Assembly: GCF_003324675.1 (NCBI RefSeq)
Contig: NZ_CP030918.1
Coordinates: 120,001-152,000 of the forward strand
Source: Paracoccus suum
Lineage (GTDB): Bacteria > Pseudomonadota > Alphaproteobacteria > Rhodobacterales > Rhodobacteraceae
DNA length: 32,000 nucleotides
Direction: 5' to 3'
Under the pieces are notes generated by a model. It did not search any database. It was not told the DNA's origin and saw only the letters and a program-made list of their open reading frames with translations. Position 1 is the first letter of the stretch, and the number at the start of each line of letters is the position of its first letter. Shown piece by piece: positions 19,815-27,873 of this stretch. A program made the translations under genes and the position numbers.

Positions 19815-19963
19815 CCATCCACCGCTTCGCCCGCAAAGTCGCAAACCGGGTGGTGTTCATGGATGCGGGGGTCATTGTCGAGGACCGCAGAACGGAGGAG
19901 TTCTTTGGCGATCCGCGCAGCGACCGGGCCAAGGAATTCCTTTCAAAGATCCTCGGACATTAG
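19815..19963 (+). pseudogene. 3'-terminal remnant (~48 codons) of a polar amino-acid-type ABC transporter ATP-binding gene
   Basis: The frame starting at 19820 translates to HRFARKVANRVVFMDAGVIVEDRRTEEFFGDPRSDRAKEFLSKILGH*. This matches the conserved C-terminus of GlnQ/HisP-like ATPases (FAREVADRVVFMD...FF..P...R.K.FLSKIL). No Walker A/B or signature motif is present upstream in any frame. Confidence 0.7.
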
Positions 19964-20122
19964 GGGAAAGATCCGCGCGGACTTTGCAAGATAGGCGCGC
20001 GGGGCGGCGTGGGCCCACAGGCGACCTTCCCGCTGCGGGAGCGTCTGACGTCGCTGGAGGGCCGACGATGACGGCGCTAATGTTCGCGTGCGAGGGCGCC
20101 TGTCAGGGTGACGCGAGGATGC

Positions 20123-20160
20123 GCTCAGGTCAAAATCCCTGCAAATAGCCTGAGCAGGGA
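20123..20160 (+). other. nested/overlapping perfect 7-bp inverted repeats (pseudoknot-like arrangement), function unknown
   Basis: GCTCAGG (20123-20129) pairs with CCTGAGC (20149-20155). TCCCTGC (20136-20142) pairs with GCAGGGA (20154-20160). The order S1-5', S2-5', S1-3', S2-3' is that of an H-type pseudoknot, about 210 nt upstream of the M20 hydrolase start. Confidence 0.35.
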
Positions 20161-20372
20161 CCGGAATATGGGCCGTTGCCCTAAGCCTCACGTGATCGGG
20201 TTCGGCAAGCCGCGCTCAACCGAAAATCCCTCACCCGCCTGAAGTGATAGCGCCGCGGCCCTAGGTCGCTCATGGCCTCGCAGGTATAACCCCGCCGGTT
20301 TGCTATTTCCGCGCCAAGTTGTTTCAGTCGAAGAAGCTCGCCGTCTTTCGCGTCCAATCAAGACAAGAGGTT

Positions 20373-21617
20373 ATGATGATCCCTTCCGCCGACGCCCGCG
20401 TAGACCTCAATCGCTTCTGGACGACGATCGAGCGCTCGGCAGAGATCGGCGCAGGACGGCCGGGAGGGCTTGCGCGCCTGGCTTTGAGCGACAGCGATCG
20501 CGAGATGCGCGATCAGTTCGTCGACTGGTGCCGGGAGGCGGGGCTGACTGTTACCGTAGACCGCGTGGGCTCGGTCTTCGCGCGGCGGGCGGGCCGCGAC
20601 GACGGGTTGGCCCCCGTCATGATCGGATCGCATCTGGACACTCAGATCAACGGCGGTCGTTTCGACGGGATTGCGGGTGTCCTGGCGGGACTGGAAGTTG
20701 TCCACACGCTGAACGATTCCGGCCACATCACGCGACGGCCCATCGTCGTCGCGAACTGGACGAACGAGGAGGGCGCGCGCTTTTCGCCCCCGATGATCGC
20801 CTCGGGGGCCTATGTCGGGCGCTATCCGCTGGAATGGTGCCACGACCTTATTGGCGACGACGGGGCGAGGTTCGGGGATGAACTGGAGCGGATCGGCTAT
20901 GCCGGAAATGCTCCTCTCGGCGGCGAGATCGACGCTTACTTCGAATTGCATATCGAGCAGGGACCGATTCTTCACGCAGAGGGCCGCGAAGTCGGGGTCG
21001 TGACGACCGGGTATCCGAGTCACGGAATCCGCGTACGCTTTGGTGGGGAAACGGCCCATACCGGGCCGACGCCGATGGACATGCGCCACAACGCGTTGAT
21101 CGCGGGCGCGCGTTTCCTGACGGCGGTGGACGACATTGGGTGGGAGTTCGCAGTGCTTGATGGCAAGGCGACGGGCTCGCGCCTTGCGGCTTGGCCGAAC
21201 ATGCCCAGCATCCTGTCCGAAACCGCCGAATGCGTGGCCGACGTGCGTCACCCGGATCGGGTGACAGCCCGCGTCATGGCCGAGAAGATGCGCCGTGCCG
21301 CGCGAGAGGCCGCTGCCCGTGCCGGCTGCACCATGACTATCGAGGACGAGTGGTCATTCGGGGGCGACATCTTCGACCGCGATCTGGTCGACCTTATCCG
21401 GGCCGAGGCGATCCGCCAGGGCCATGACTGGCGCGACATCGCCAGCCAGGCGGGCCACGACGCCTATCACATTGCCACCCGCTATCCGACGGCGATGATC
21501 TTTACGCCCTGCAAGGACGGAATCACGCACAACAACATGGAATATTGCGAGCCAGGCGACTTCCAGGCGGGGTTGAATATCCTGCTGCACGCTGTCGGCC
21601 AGCGCGCCGACCGCTAG
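20373..21617 (+). CDS. M20-family Zn-dependent amidohydrolase (N-carbamoyl-L-amino-acid hydrolase / allantoate amidohydrolase / AmaB-HyuC type)
   Basis: MIGSHLDTQINGGRFDGIAGVLAGLEV, NWTNEEGARF, ELHIEQGP and SQAGHDA are characteristic of the AmaB/AllC branch of peptidase M20. AAGAGG lies upstream of the tandem ATG ATG at 20373 and 20376; spacing slightly favours 20376. Confidence 0.85.
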   Translation: MMIPSADARVDLNRFWTTIERSAEIGAGRPGGLARLALSDSDREMRDQFVDWCREAGLTVTVDRVGSVFARRAGRDDGLAPVMIGSHLDTQINGGRFDGIAGVLAGLEVVHTLNDSGHITRRPIVVANWTNEEGARFSPPMIASGAYVGRYPLEWCHDLIGDDGARFGDELERIGYAGNAPLGGEIDAYFELHIEQGPILHAEGREVGVVTTGYPSHGIRVRFGGETAHTGPTPMDMRHNALIAGARFLTAVDDIGWEFAVLDGKATGSRLAAWPNMPSILSETAECVADVRHPDRVTARVMAEKMRRAAREAAARAGCTMTIEDEWSFGGDIFDRDLVDLIRAEAIRQGHDWRDIASQAGHDAYHIATRYPTAMIFTPCKDGITHNNMEYCEPGDFQAGLNILLHAVGQRADR

Positions 21618-21737
21618 CCCTTTCTTGGGCAGTCCTCCCGGCGATCAGGAATTGGTGCAAGCCCAAGAATACCGCTTGACCCCCCGCGCGCCGCCAGCGC
21701 ACTCTTTTCCCAAATAGCGCGATGCGCATGGCATGAG

Positions 21738-21779
21738 GGCCTTACACCTGTTGTTGCGGGGGTAGGGCCTTTTTCTTTT
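21738..21779 (+). terminator. strong intrinsic terminator directly upstream of the amiC-like RBS; candidate antitermination target or attenuator
   Basis: GGCCTTAC (21738-21745) pairs with GTAGGGCC (21762-21769), with possible extra inner C-G pairs. It is followed by TTTTTCTTTT (21770-21779). The GTG start of the next gene is at 21791. Confidence 0.7.
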
Positions 21780-21790
21780 GGGGATGACGG

Positions 21791-22843
21791 GTGAGGCGGA
21801 GAGTTGAGATCGGGATCCTGCATTCGTCCTCGGGCGATTACTGCGCCATTGCAGCGGCAAGCCGCGCGGGCGCACTTGCGGGCGTGTCCGATGTTAACGC
21901 AAGCGCGCAGTCCTTTATCGAAATGATGCCGGTGCTGCGCGACCCTCGGGGGCAGGTCGACCTCTATGCGCCGCTCTGCCACGACATCCTCACCACAAGC
22001 CGCGCTCGCCACGTCATCGGTTGTGCGACCTCTTCCAGCCGCAAGGAAGTCCTGCCGGTGATCGAGCGCCACGGGGCGACGCTGTGGTATGCCCTGCCCT
22101 ACGAGGGGTTCGAAGCGTCCGATCATGCCGTTTACATGCACGCCTGCCCGAACCAGCATCTGCTGCCCCTGTTGGACTGGGCGCTGCCGCGGTTCGGCAC
22201 GCGGGTGCATCTGGTCGGCTCGAATTATATCTGGGGCTGGGAGATCAACAGGTTGGCGCGCGAAGTTGTAGCCAACGCGGGCGGCTCGATCACGGCAGAA
22301 CGGCACTTGCCAATGGGCGAGATCGCCGTTGCCTCGATGGTCGAGGAGATCGCCGATCTTCGGCCAGATTTCGTGCTGAACTCACTGGTAGGCACCACGC
22401 AATATGCCTTCGTCGCGGCGCTGAGGGCCGTCAGGCCAGACCTGCCGGTCCTGTCCTGCAACCTCACGGAGTGCGAACTGCCGCGGATGGGCGGGGCCGC
22501 CGAGGGGCTGATCGCAGCGGGCCCCTATTTCGCGGAAACCGGCACCGGCTTCGCCAATTCACACGCGGCTGCCGCCCATGCCTCTGTGATCGAGATGGCG
22601 CGGCTGTTCGAGCGGCACGAAGGTGGCGAAGATATGCCGCTGGCCGAATTGCTGGCACTGGACCAAGGCGCGGGCCCGATCGATTTTGAAACCCACCACA
22701 CCGCCCTGCCGGTGCTGATCGCCGAGGTCCGGGACGGTGCCTTCCAGGTGCTCCGCCGTCTGCCGCCGGTGCCGGGCGACCCGTATCTTGCGCGGCACGA
22801 CCGGCGAGCGCCCGCGCGCGCGCAACTGCGGCTCGTGCCGTGA
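21791..22843 (+). CDS. amiC: AmiC-like cytoplasmic amide-sensor (type-I periplasmic-binding-protein fold, no signal peptide), negative regulator partner of AmiR
   Basis: 350 aa with no signal peptide. Begins VEIGILHSSSGDY, has LVGSNYIWGWEINR..., and shows overall LivK/AmiC-like organisation. The stop overlaps the start of an ANTAR protein (GTGA at 22840-22843), as in amiC-amiR pairs. Confidence 0.75.
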   Translation: MRRRVEIGILHSSSGDYCAIAAASRAGALAGVSDVNASAQSFIEMMPVLRDPRGQVDLYAPLCHDILTTSRARHVIGCATSSSRKEVLPVIERHGATLWYALPYEGFEASDHAVYMHACPNQHLLPLLDWALPRFGTRVHLVGSNYIWGWEINRLAREVVANAGGSITAERHLPMGEIAVASMVEEIADLRPDFVLNSLVGTTQYAFVAALRAVRPDLPVLSCNLTECELPRMGGAAEGLIAAGPYFAETGTGFANSHAAAAHASVIEMARLFERHEGGEDMPLAELLALDQGAGPIDFETHHTALPVLIAEVRDGAFQVLRRLPPVPGDPYLARHDRRAPARAQLRLVP

Positions 22844-23436
22844 GCCGGGCCCTGAACATCCTCGGGCTGGCCGGCGCCCGGGCTGCCATCCTGCACCGGC
22901 CACACCCGACGGTCGCCGCCATCGAACGCCAACTGGCCGCGATCGGGTTGTCGGCCAACGCCAGCTGGCCAGAGCTGGTCCCCGGGATGGCCGCGGATTT
23001 CCTGTTCTTTGACGTCGACATGGGGTTCGACGCCCAGTTCCCCTGGTTGCCGGGGCAAAGTCCCATACCACTCATCGCCCTGATCGGGTCCGAGGCGCCG
23101 GGGCGGATCGAATGGTCTCTGGCGCGCGGCGCGCATGCGCAGTTGCTGAAGCCGGTGGGCGATCACGGCGTCTATTCGGCGCTGCTGATCGCGCAGGCGA
23201 CCTTTGCCGCCCAGCAAAGCCTGTCGGCCGAGATTGGCGATCTTCGCGACCGCCTGGCGGGGCGCGAGACTGTGGTGCGCGCGGTGATGGCACTGGTGAG
23301 CCAAGGGCTGACCGATGAGGAGGCGTTTGCCCGGCTGCGTCGCCTCGCGACCGACCGTCGCGAGAGTTTCGAGGCTGCAGCCAAGCGGGTGCTCGCCCGC
23401 ACCGACAGCCTGCCAGTCCGAAAGGGGCCCCGATGA
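22840..23436 (+). CDS. amiR: AmiR-like transcription antiterminator (pseudo-receiver plus coiled coil plus ANTAR RNA-binding domain)
   Basis: 198 aa, similar in size to AmiR. The C-terminal ANTAR-like helices are RETVVRAVMALVSQGLTDEEAFARLRRLATDRRESFEAAAKRVL. It is immediately downstream of, and overlapping, the amiC-like gene. Confidence 0.8.
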   Translation: MSRALNILGLAGARAAILHRPHPTVAAIERQLAAIGLSANASWPELVPGMAADFLFFDVDMGFDAQFPWLPGQSPIPLIALIGSEAPGRIEWSLARGAHAQLLKPVGDHGVYSALLIAQATFAAQQSLSAEIGDLRDRLAGRETVVRAVMALVSQGLTDEEAFARLRRLATDRRESFEAAAKRVLARTDSLPVRKGPR

Positions 23437-24338
23437 CATCACCGCTGACCCCTGCTGCGGGAACGACCGTCACCGCTGCGCCGCCCGAGCGGGGGGTGCT
23501 GGCACGACTGCTGCGCAGGCCGCTGGCCCTGCTGGGCATCGTCCTGATCGTGCTGGTGGTAGCGGGCGCGGTGGGTGCGCCGTGGCTCACCTCCTATCCG
23601 CCGGATCAGCAGAACTTCGACGGCCTGACGCTGGAGGGGGCGCCGATGCCGCCGGGCGGACCGTGGCTGATGGGTACCGACCTGCTGGGCCGTGACCTGT
23701 GGTCGCGGCTGCTTTACGGCGCGCGCACATCGCTAATGATCGGCGTCCTCGCCAACGGCATCGCGGTCGCCTTGGGAACGGCGGTGGGACTGACCGCGGG
23801 ATGGGTCCGCGGCTGGACCGGCACGATCCTGATGCGGCTGACGGACCTGATGATGGCCTTTCCCGCGCTGCTGCTGGCCATCTGCCTTGCCGCGGTCTTT
23901 CGCCCCTCGCTCTGGATCGTGGCGCTGGTGATCGCGCTGGTGAACTGGGTCCAGACCGCCCGCGTGATCTATACCGAAACCACGGGTCTGGCCGAGCGCG
24001 ACTTTGTCGCCGCCGAACGCACGCTCGGCGCGTCCGGCGCGCGCATCCTGTGGCACCATATCCTGCCGCATCTGGTGCCGACGATCATCGTCTGGGCGAC
24101 CTTGGGCATTTCGACCACCGTGCTGCTGGAGGCGACGCTGTCCTACCTGGGCGTGGGCGTGCAGCCGCCGACGCCCAGCTGGGGAAACATCATCTTCGAG
24201 AACCAGACCTATTTCCAGTCGGCGCCCTGGCTCGTCTTTATCCCGGGTGCGGCGATCCTGATCCTCGCACTGGCCTTCAACCTCGTGGGCGATGCGCTGC
24301 GCGACGTGCTGGACCCGACGCAAAGGGGGGCGCGCTGA
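23433..24338 (+). CDS. ABC transporter permease, OppC/DppC-like
   Basis: An N-terminal TM segment followed by the motif SYPPDQQNF. Contains the BPD-transporter EAA-like region (YTETTGLAERDFVAAERTLGASGARILWHHILPHL) and six hydrophobic segments. The ATGA start overlaps the amiR stop. Confidence 0.88.
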   Translation: MTSPLTPAAGTTVTAAPPERGVLARLLRRPLALLGIVLIVLVVAGAVGAPWLTSYPPDQQNFDGLTLEGAPMPPGGPWLMGTDLLGRDLWSRLLYGARTSLMIGVLANGIAVALGTAVGLTAGWVRGWTGTILMRLTDLMMAFPALLLAICLAAVFRPSLWIVALVIALVNWVQTARVIYTETTGLAERDFVAAERTLGASGARILWHHILPHLVPTIIVWATLGISTTVLLEATLSYLGVGVQPPTPSWGNIIFENQTYFQSAPWLVFIPGAAILILALAFNLVGDALRDVLDPTQRGAR

Positions 24339-25264
24339 TGGCGGCCTATCTGCTGCGGCGGCTGTTTCAGGCTGCGCTGATCCTGCTCGGGGTCAGCATC
24401 ATCACCTTTGGCCTGCTCTATGTGCTTCCGGCCGATCCGGTGCGCCAGATCGCCGGCCGCTCGGCAACGGCCGAGGTGGTCGAGAACATCCGCCGCCAAC
24501 TGGGCCTCGATCAGCCGGTGTGGGTGCAATACGGCCGCTACCTGTGGGGGCTGCTGCATGGCGACATGGGGCGCAGCTACCTGCAGCGAACCGAGGTGGC
24601 GACCCTGATCGCCGCCCGCCTGCCCGCGACGCTGCAGCTGATGGTCGGCGCGATCCTGGCCGAGCTGACGATCGGCCTGACGCTGGGTGTCATCGCAGCG
24701 CTGAACCGGGGGCGCCCGCTCGACACCGGGCTGATGGTGTCCTCCTTCGTCGCCGTTTCGGCGCCGCAGTTCGTCGTCGCACTGCTGCTGCTCTACGTTT
24801 TTGCGGTCAAGCTGGGCTGGTTTCCCATCGGCGGCTATGGAACGCTTGACCATCTGGTGCTGCCCTCCGTCACGCTCGGGATCATGGGCGCGGGCTGGTA
24901 TTCGCGGATGATGCGATCCTCGATGCTGGACGTGCTGCGTGCCGACTATATCCGCACAGCCCGCGCCAAGGGCCTGTCGCGCATGCGCGTGATCCTGCGC
25001 CATGCGCTGCCGAACGCGATCCTGCCCATCGTCGCCATGATCGGCATGGACATCGGCATCTTCATGGGCGGCGTGGTCGTCGTCGAAAGCGTCTTTGGCT
25101 GGCCCGGCATCGGGCAACTGGCCTGGCAGGCGATCCAGCGCGTCGACATTCCGATCATCATGGGAGTGACCATTACCTCGGCCGTGGCCATCGTCCTGGG
25201 CAATCTGCTGGCCGACCTGATCGCGCCATTCATCGATCCGCGCATCAAGCTGCGCTTGAACTAA
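24338..25264 (+). CDS. ABC transporter permease, OppB/DppB-like
   Basis: MAAYLLRRLFQAALILLGVSIITFGLLYVLPADPV is the classic DppB/OppB N-terminus. Contains the EAA region DYIRTARAKGLSRMRVILRHALPNA. The start overlaps the upstream stop (TGATG). The track ORF from 23699 is an upstream extension. Confidence 0.9.
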   Translation: MAAYLLRRLFQAALILLGVSIITFGLLYVLPADPVRQIAGRSATAEVVENIRRQLGLDQPVWVQYGRYLWGLLHGDMGRSYLQRTEVATLIAARLPATLQLMVGAILAELTIGLTLGVIAALNRGRPLDTGLMVSSFVAVSAPQFVVALLLLYVFAVKLGWFPIGGYGTLDHLVLPSVTLGIMGAGWYSRMMRSSMLDVLRADYIRTARAKGLSRMRVILRHALPNAILPIVAMIGMDIGIFMGGVVVVESVFGWPGIGQLAWQAIQRVDIPIIMGVTITSAVAIVLGNLLADLIAPFIDPRIKLRLN

Positions 25265-25283
25265 CAGGGAGAGGGAAACGAAA

Positions 25284-26912
25284 ATGAAAACCTGGCTCAT
25301 GTCCTCCGCGCTGGCGCTTTCGCTGGCTGCCTTTGCGGCGCCTGCCCTGGCGCAGAGCGCGCCGGATCCCGACGCCAAGCCCGGCGGCGACATCGTCATC
25401 ACCTACAAGGATGACGTGGCGACGCTGGACCCCGCGATCGGCTATGACTGGCAGAACTGGTCGATGATCAAGTCAATCTTCGACGGGCTGATGGACTATG
25501 TCCCCGGCACCACCGACCTGCGTCCCGGCCTCGCCGAAAGTTACGAGATGTCGGACGACGGGCTGGCCTACACCTTCCACCTGCGCCCGGGCGTCAAGTT
25601 CCACAACGGGCGCGAGATGACCGCGGACGATGTGAAGTATTCGCTTGACCGCGTGACCGACCCGGCGACGCAATCGCCCGGCGCCGGCTTCTTTGGCTCG
25701 ATCAAGGGGTATGACGAAGCCGCCTCGGGCGCTGCCAAGGGGCTGGCCGGCGTCACGGCGGTCGATCCCAAGACGGTCAAGATCGAACTGACGCGCCCGG
25801 ACGCCACCTTCCTCCACGTCATGGCGTTGAACTTCAGCTATGTGGTGCCGAAAGAGGCGGTTGAGGAGCATGGCGCCGACTTCGGCAAGCACCCGGTCGG
25901 CACGGGCGCGTTCCGCATGGCGGAATGGACTATCGGCCAGCGTCTGGTGCTGGAAAAGAACCCCGATTTCTGGACCCCCGGCATCCCCTATCTGGACCGC
26001 GTGACCTTCGAGATCGGGCAGGAGCCGGTCGTCGCCCTGCTGCGCCTGCAGAAGGGCGAGGTGGACATTCCCGGCGACGGCATTCCGCCCGCGAAGTTCC
26101 AGGAAGTGATGAACGACCCCGAGCAGAAGGCCCGCGTGGTCGAAGGCGGCCAGCTGCAGACCGGCTATGTCACCATGAACGTGACCACCCCGCCCTTCGA
26201 CAAGCCCGAGGTCCGGCGCGCGGTGAACATGGCGCTGAACAAAGACCGGATCGTGCAGATGATCAACAATCGCGCGGTGCCTGCGAACCAGCCGCTGCCG
26301 CCCTCGATGCCGGGCTACACCACCGACTACAAGGGCTATGGCTATGACGTCGAAGGCGCCAAGAAGCTGATGGCGGATGCCGGCCTTTCGGGCGGTGTCG
26401 ATACCCAGCTGTTCGCCATGAACACCGACCCCAACCCGCGGATCGCGCAGGCAATCCAGCAGGACCTCGCGGCGATCGGAATCCGGGCCGAGATCAAGGC
26501 ACTGGCGCAGGCCAACGTGATCGAGGCCGGCGGCAATGGCAGCGCGCCGATGATCTGGTCGGGCGGCATGGCGTGGATCGCGGATTTCCCGGACCCGTCG
26601 AACTTTTACGGTCCGATCCTGAGCTGCAGCGGCGCCGAGGCGGGCGGCTGGAACTGGGCGAAATACTGCAATGCCGAACTGGACGCGGCCGCTGCCAAGG
26701 CCGACAGCATGGTCGGCGAGGCCGCGAAGGACGCGCGACTGAAGGCCTGGTCCGACGTCTACATGAAGGTGATGGAGGACGCCCCCTGGGCGCCGGTCTT
26801 CAACGAGCAGCGCTTCACCATGAAATCCCCCCGCATGGGCGGCGCCGATGCGCTGTATGTCGATCCCGTCTCGATTCCGATCAACTATGATTATGTATAT
26901 GTGAACCAGTAA
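25284..26912 (+). CDS. ABC transporter substrate-binding protein, family 5 (peptide/nickel/opine type)
   Basis: Signal peptide MKTWLMSSALALSLAAFAAPALA. Contains DPAIGYDW, GLMDY, YTFHLRPGVKFHNG and DVKYSLDR, typical of the SBP_bac_5 family. The RBS GGGAGAGGGAAA precedes the ATG. Confidence 0.9.
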   Translation: MKTWLMSSALALSLAAFAAPALAQSAPDPDAKPGGDIVITYKDDVATLDPAIGYDWQNWSMIKSIFDGLMDYVPGTTDLRPGLAESYEMSDDGLAYTFHLRPGVKFHNGREMTADDVKYSLDRVTDPATQSPGAGFFGSIKGYDEAASGAAKGLAGVTAVDPKTVKIELTRPDATFLHVMALNFSYVVPKEAVEEHGADFGKHPVGTGAFRMAEWTIGQRLVLEKNPDFWTPGIPYLDRVTFEIGQEPVVALLRLQKGEVDIPGDGIPPAKFQEVMNDPEQKARVVEGGQLQTGYVTMNVTTPPFDKPEVRRAVNMALNKDRIVQMINNRAVPANQPLPPSMPGYTTDYKGYGYDVEGAKKLMADAGLSGGVDTQLFAMNTDPNPRIAQAIQQDLAAIGIRAEIKALAQANVIEAGGNGSAPMIWSGGMAWIADFPDPSNFYGPILSCSGAEAGGWNWAKYCNAELDAAAAKADSMVGEAAKDARLKAWSDVYMKVMEDAPWAPVFNEQRFTMKSPRMGGADALYVDPVSIPINYDYVYVNQ

Positions 26913-26913
26913 C

Positions 26914-27873
26914 ATGTGCAGAAACTGCGACCACACTATCCACCGCGCGCAGCATCACTTTGGCTGGGACAACAGCATCCCCCCTGCCCTGCGCGTCGAA
27001 CCGGGCCAGTCGGTCCATTTCGAATGTGTCGATTCCTCGGCGGGCCAGCTTGGCCCGTCATCCACCGTGGCCGATGTGGCGGCACTGGATTTCGCCAGGA
27101 TCAACCCCGTCACCGGCCCGGTCTGGGTCGAGGGCGCTAAGCCGGGCGATGCACTGAAGATCACCATCGACGGCTTCACCCCGCAGGTCGCCGAGGGCAG
27201 CGCCTGGGGCTGGACGGCGAACATCCCGGGCTTCGGCCTGCTTGCCGACCAGTTTACCGATCCGGCCCTGACGATCTGGAAATATGATGCTGCGAACCCG
27301 CAGATGTCGCTGTTCGGGCGCGAAGGCAAGGTCCCCCTCAAGCCCTTTGCCGGCACCATAGGCTGCGCGATGGCCGAGGACGGGCCGCATTCCATCGTTC
27401 CCCCGCGCCGCGTGGGCGGCAACCTCGATATCCGGGATCTGGCAGCGGGGACGGTCCTTTATCTGCCGGTCGAGGTCGAGGGCGCGCTGTTCAGCGTCGG
27501 CGATACTCATGCCGCGCAGGGCGACGGCGAGATCTGCGGCACCGCCATCGAAAGCCCGATGGACGTGTCGCTGCGGTTCGATCTGGTCAAGGACGCGCGG
27601 CTCAAGACGCCGCGCTTCACGACGCCGGGTCCCGTGTCGCGGCATCTGGACGCCAAGGGCTACGAGGTGACGACCGGGCTCGCACCGGACCTGATGCAGG
27701 CCTCACGGGATGCCGTCGCGGGGATGGTGGATCTGCTGTGCGCGCAGCGGGGCATGGCCCCGGTCGATGCCTACATGCTGATGTCCACCTGTGGTGATCT
27801 GCGGATATCGGAGATCGTCGACATGCCCAACTGGGTCGTCAGCTTCTACTTCCCGCGTATCGTCTTCGAATGA
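26914..27873 (+). CDS. acetamidase/formamidase (FmdA/AmdA) family amidohydrolase
   Basis: HHFGWDN, INPVTGPVWVEGAKPGDAL, PPRRVGGNLDIRDLAAGTVLYLPVEVEGALFSVGDTHAAQGDGEICGTAIE and MLMSTCGDLRISEIVD are family-typical motifs. The ATG is 1 nt after the SBP stop. Confidence 0.88.
   Translation: MCRNCDHTIHRAQHHFGWDNSIPPALRVEPGQSVHFECVDSSAGQLGPSSTVADVAALDFARINPVTGPVWVEGAKPGDALKITIDGFTPQVAEGSAWGWTANIPGFGLLADQFTDPALTIWKYDAANPQMSLFGREGKVPLKPFAGTIGCAMAEDGPHSIVPPRRVGGNLDIRDLAAGTVLYLPVEVEGALFSVGDTHAAQGDGEICGTAIESPMDVSLRFDLVKDARLKTPRFTTPGPVSRHLDAKGYEVTTGLAPDLMQASRDAVAGMVDLLCAQRGMAPVDAYMLMSTCGDLRISEIVDMPNWVVSFYFPRIVFE

Noticed and set aside
20095-20260. Possible Tn3-family terminal inverted repeat (resemblance of ...GCGCTCA..CGAAAATCCCTCAC... 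to GGGG..ACGCTCAG..ACGAAAAC..TAAG ends)
   Set aside because: The match is only patchy. Both copies are in direct rather than inverted orientation, the GGGG start and TAAG end are not convincingly present, and no transposase or resolvase is nearby. The repeats are reported as a structural observation only.
21700-21745. Attempt to find the canonical ANTAR dual-hexaloop hairpins just 5' of the 21738-21779 terminator (for example GGC-ATGAGG-GCC)
   Set aside because: The candidate stems are only 3-4 bp and the loops do not fit the A1/G4 hexaloop pattern I recall. This needs a covariance-model scan rather than inspection by eye.
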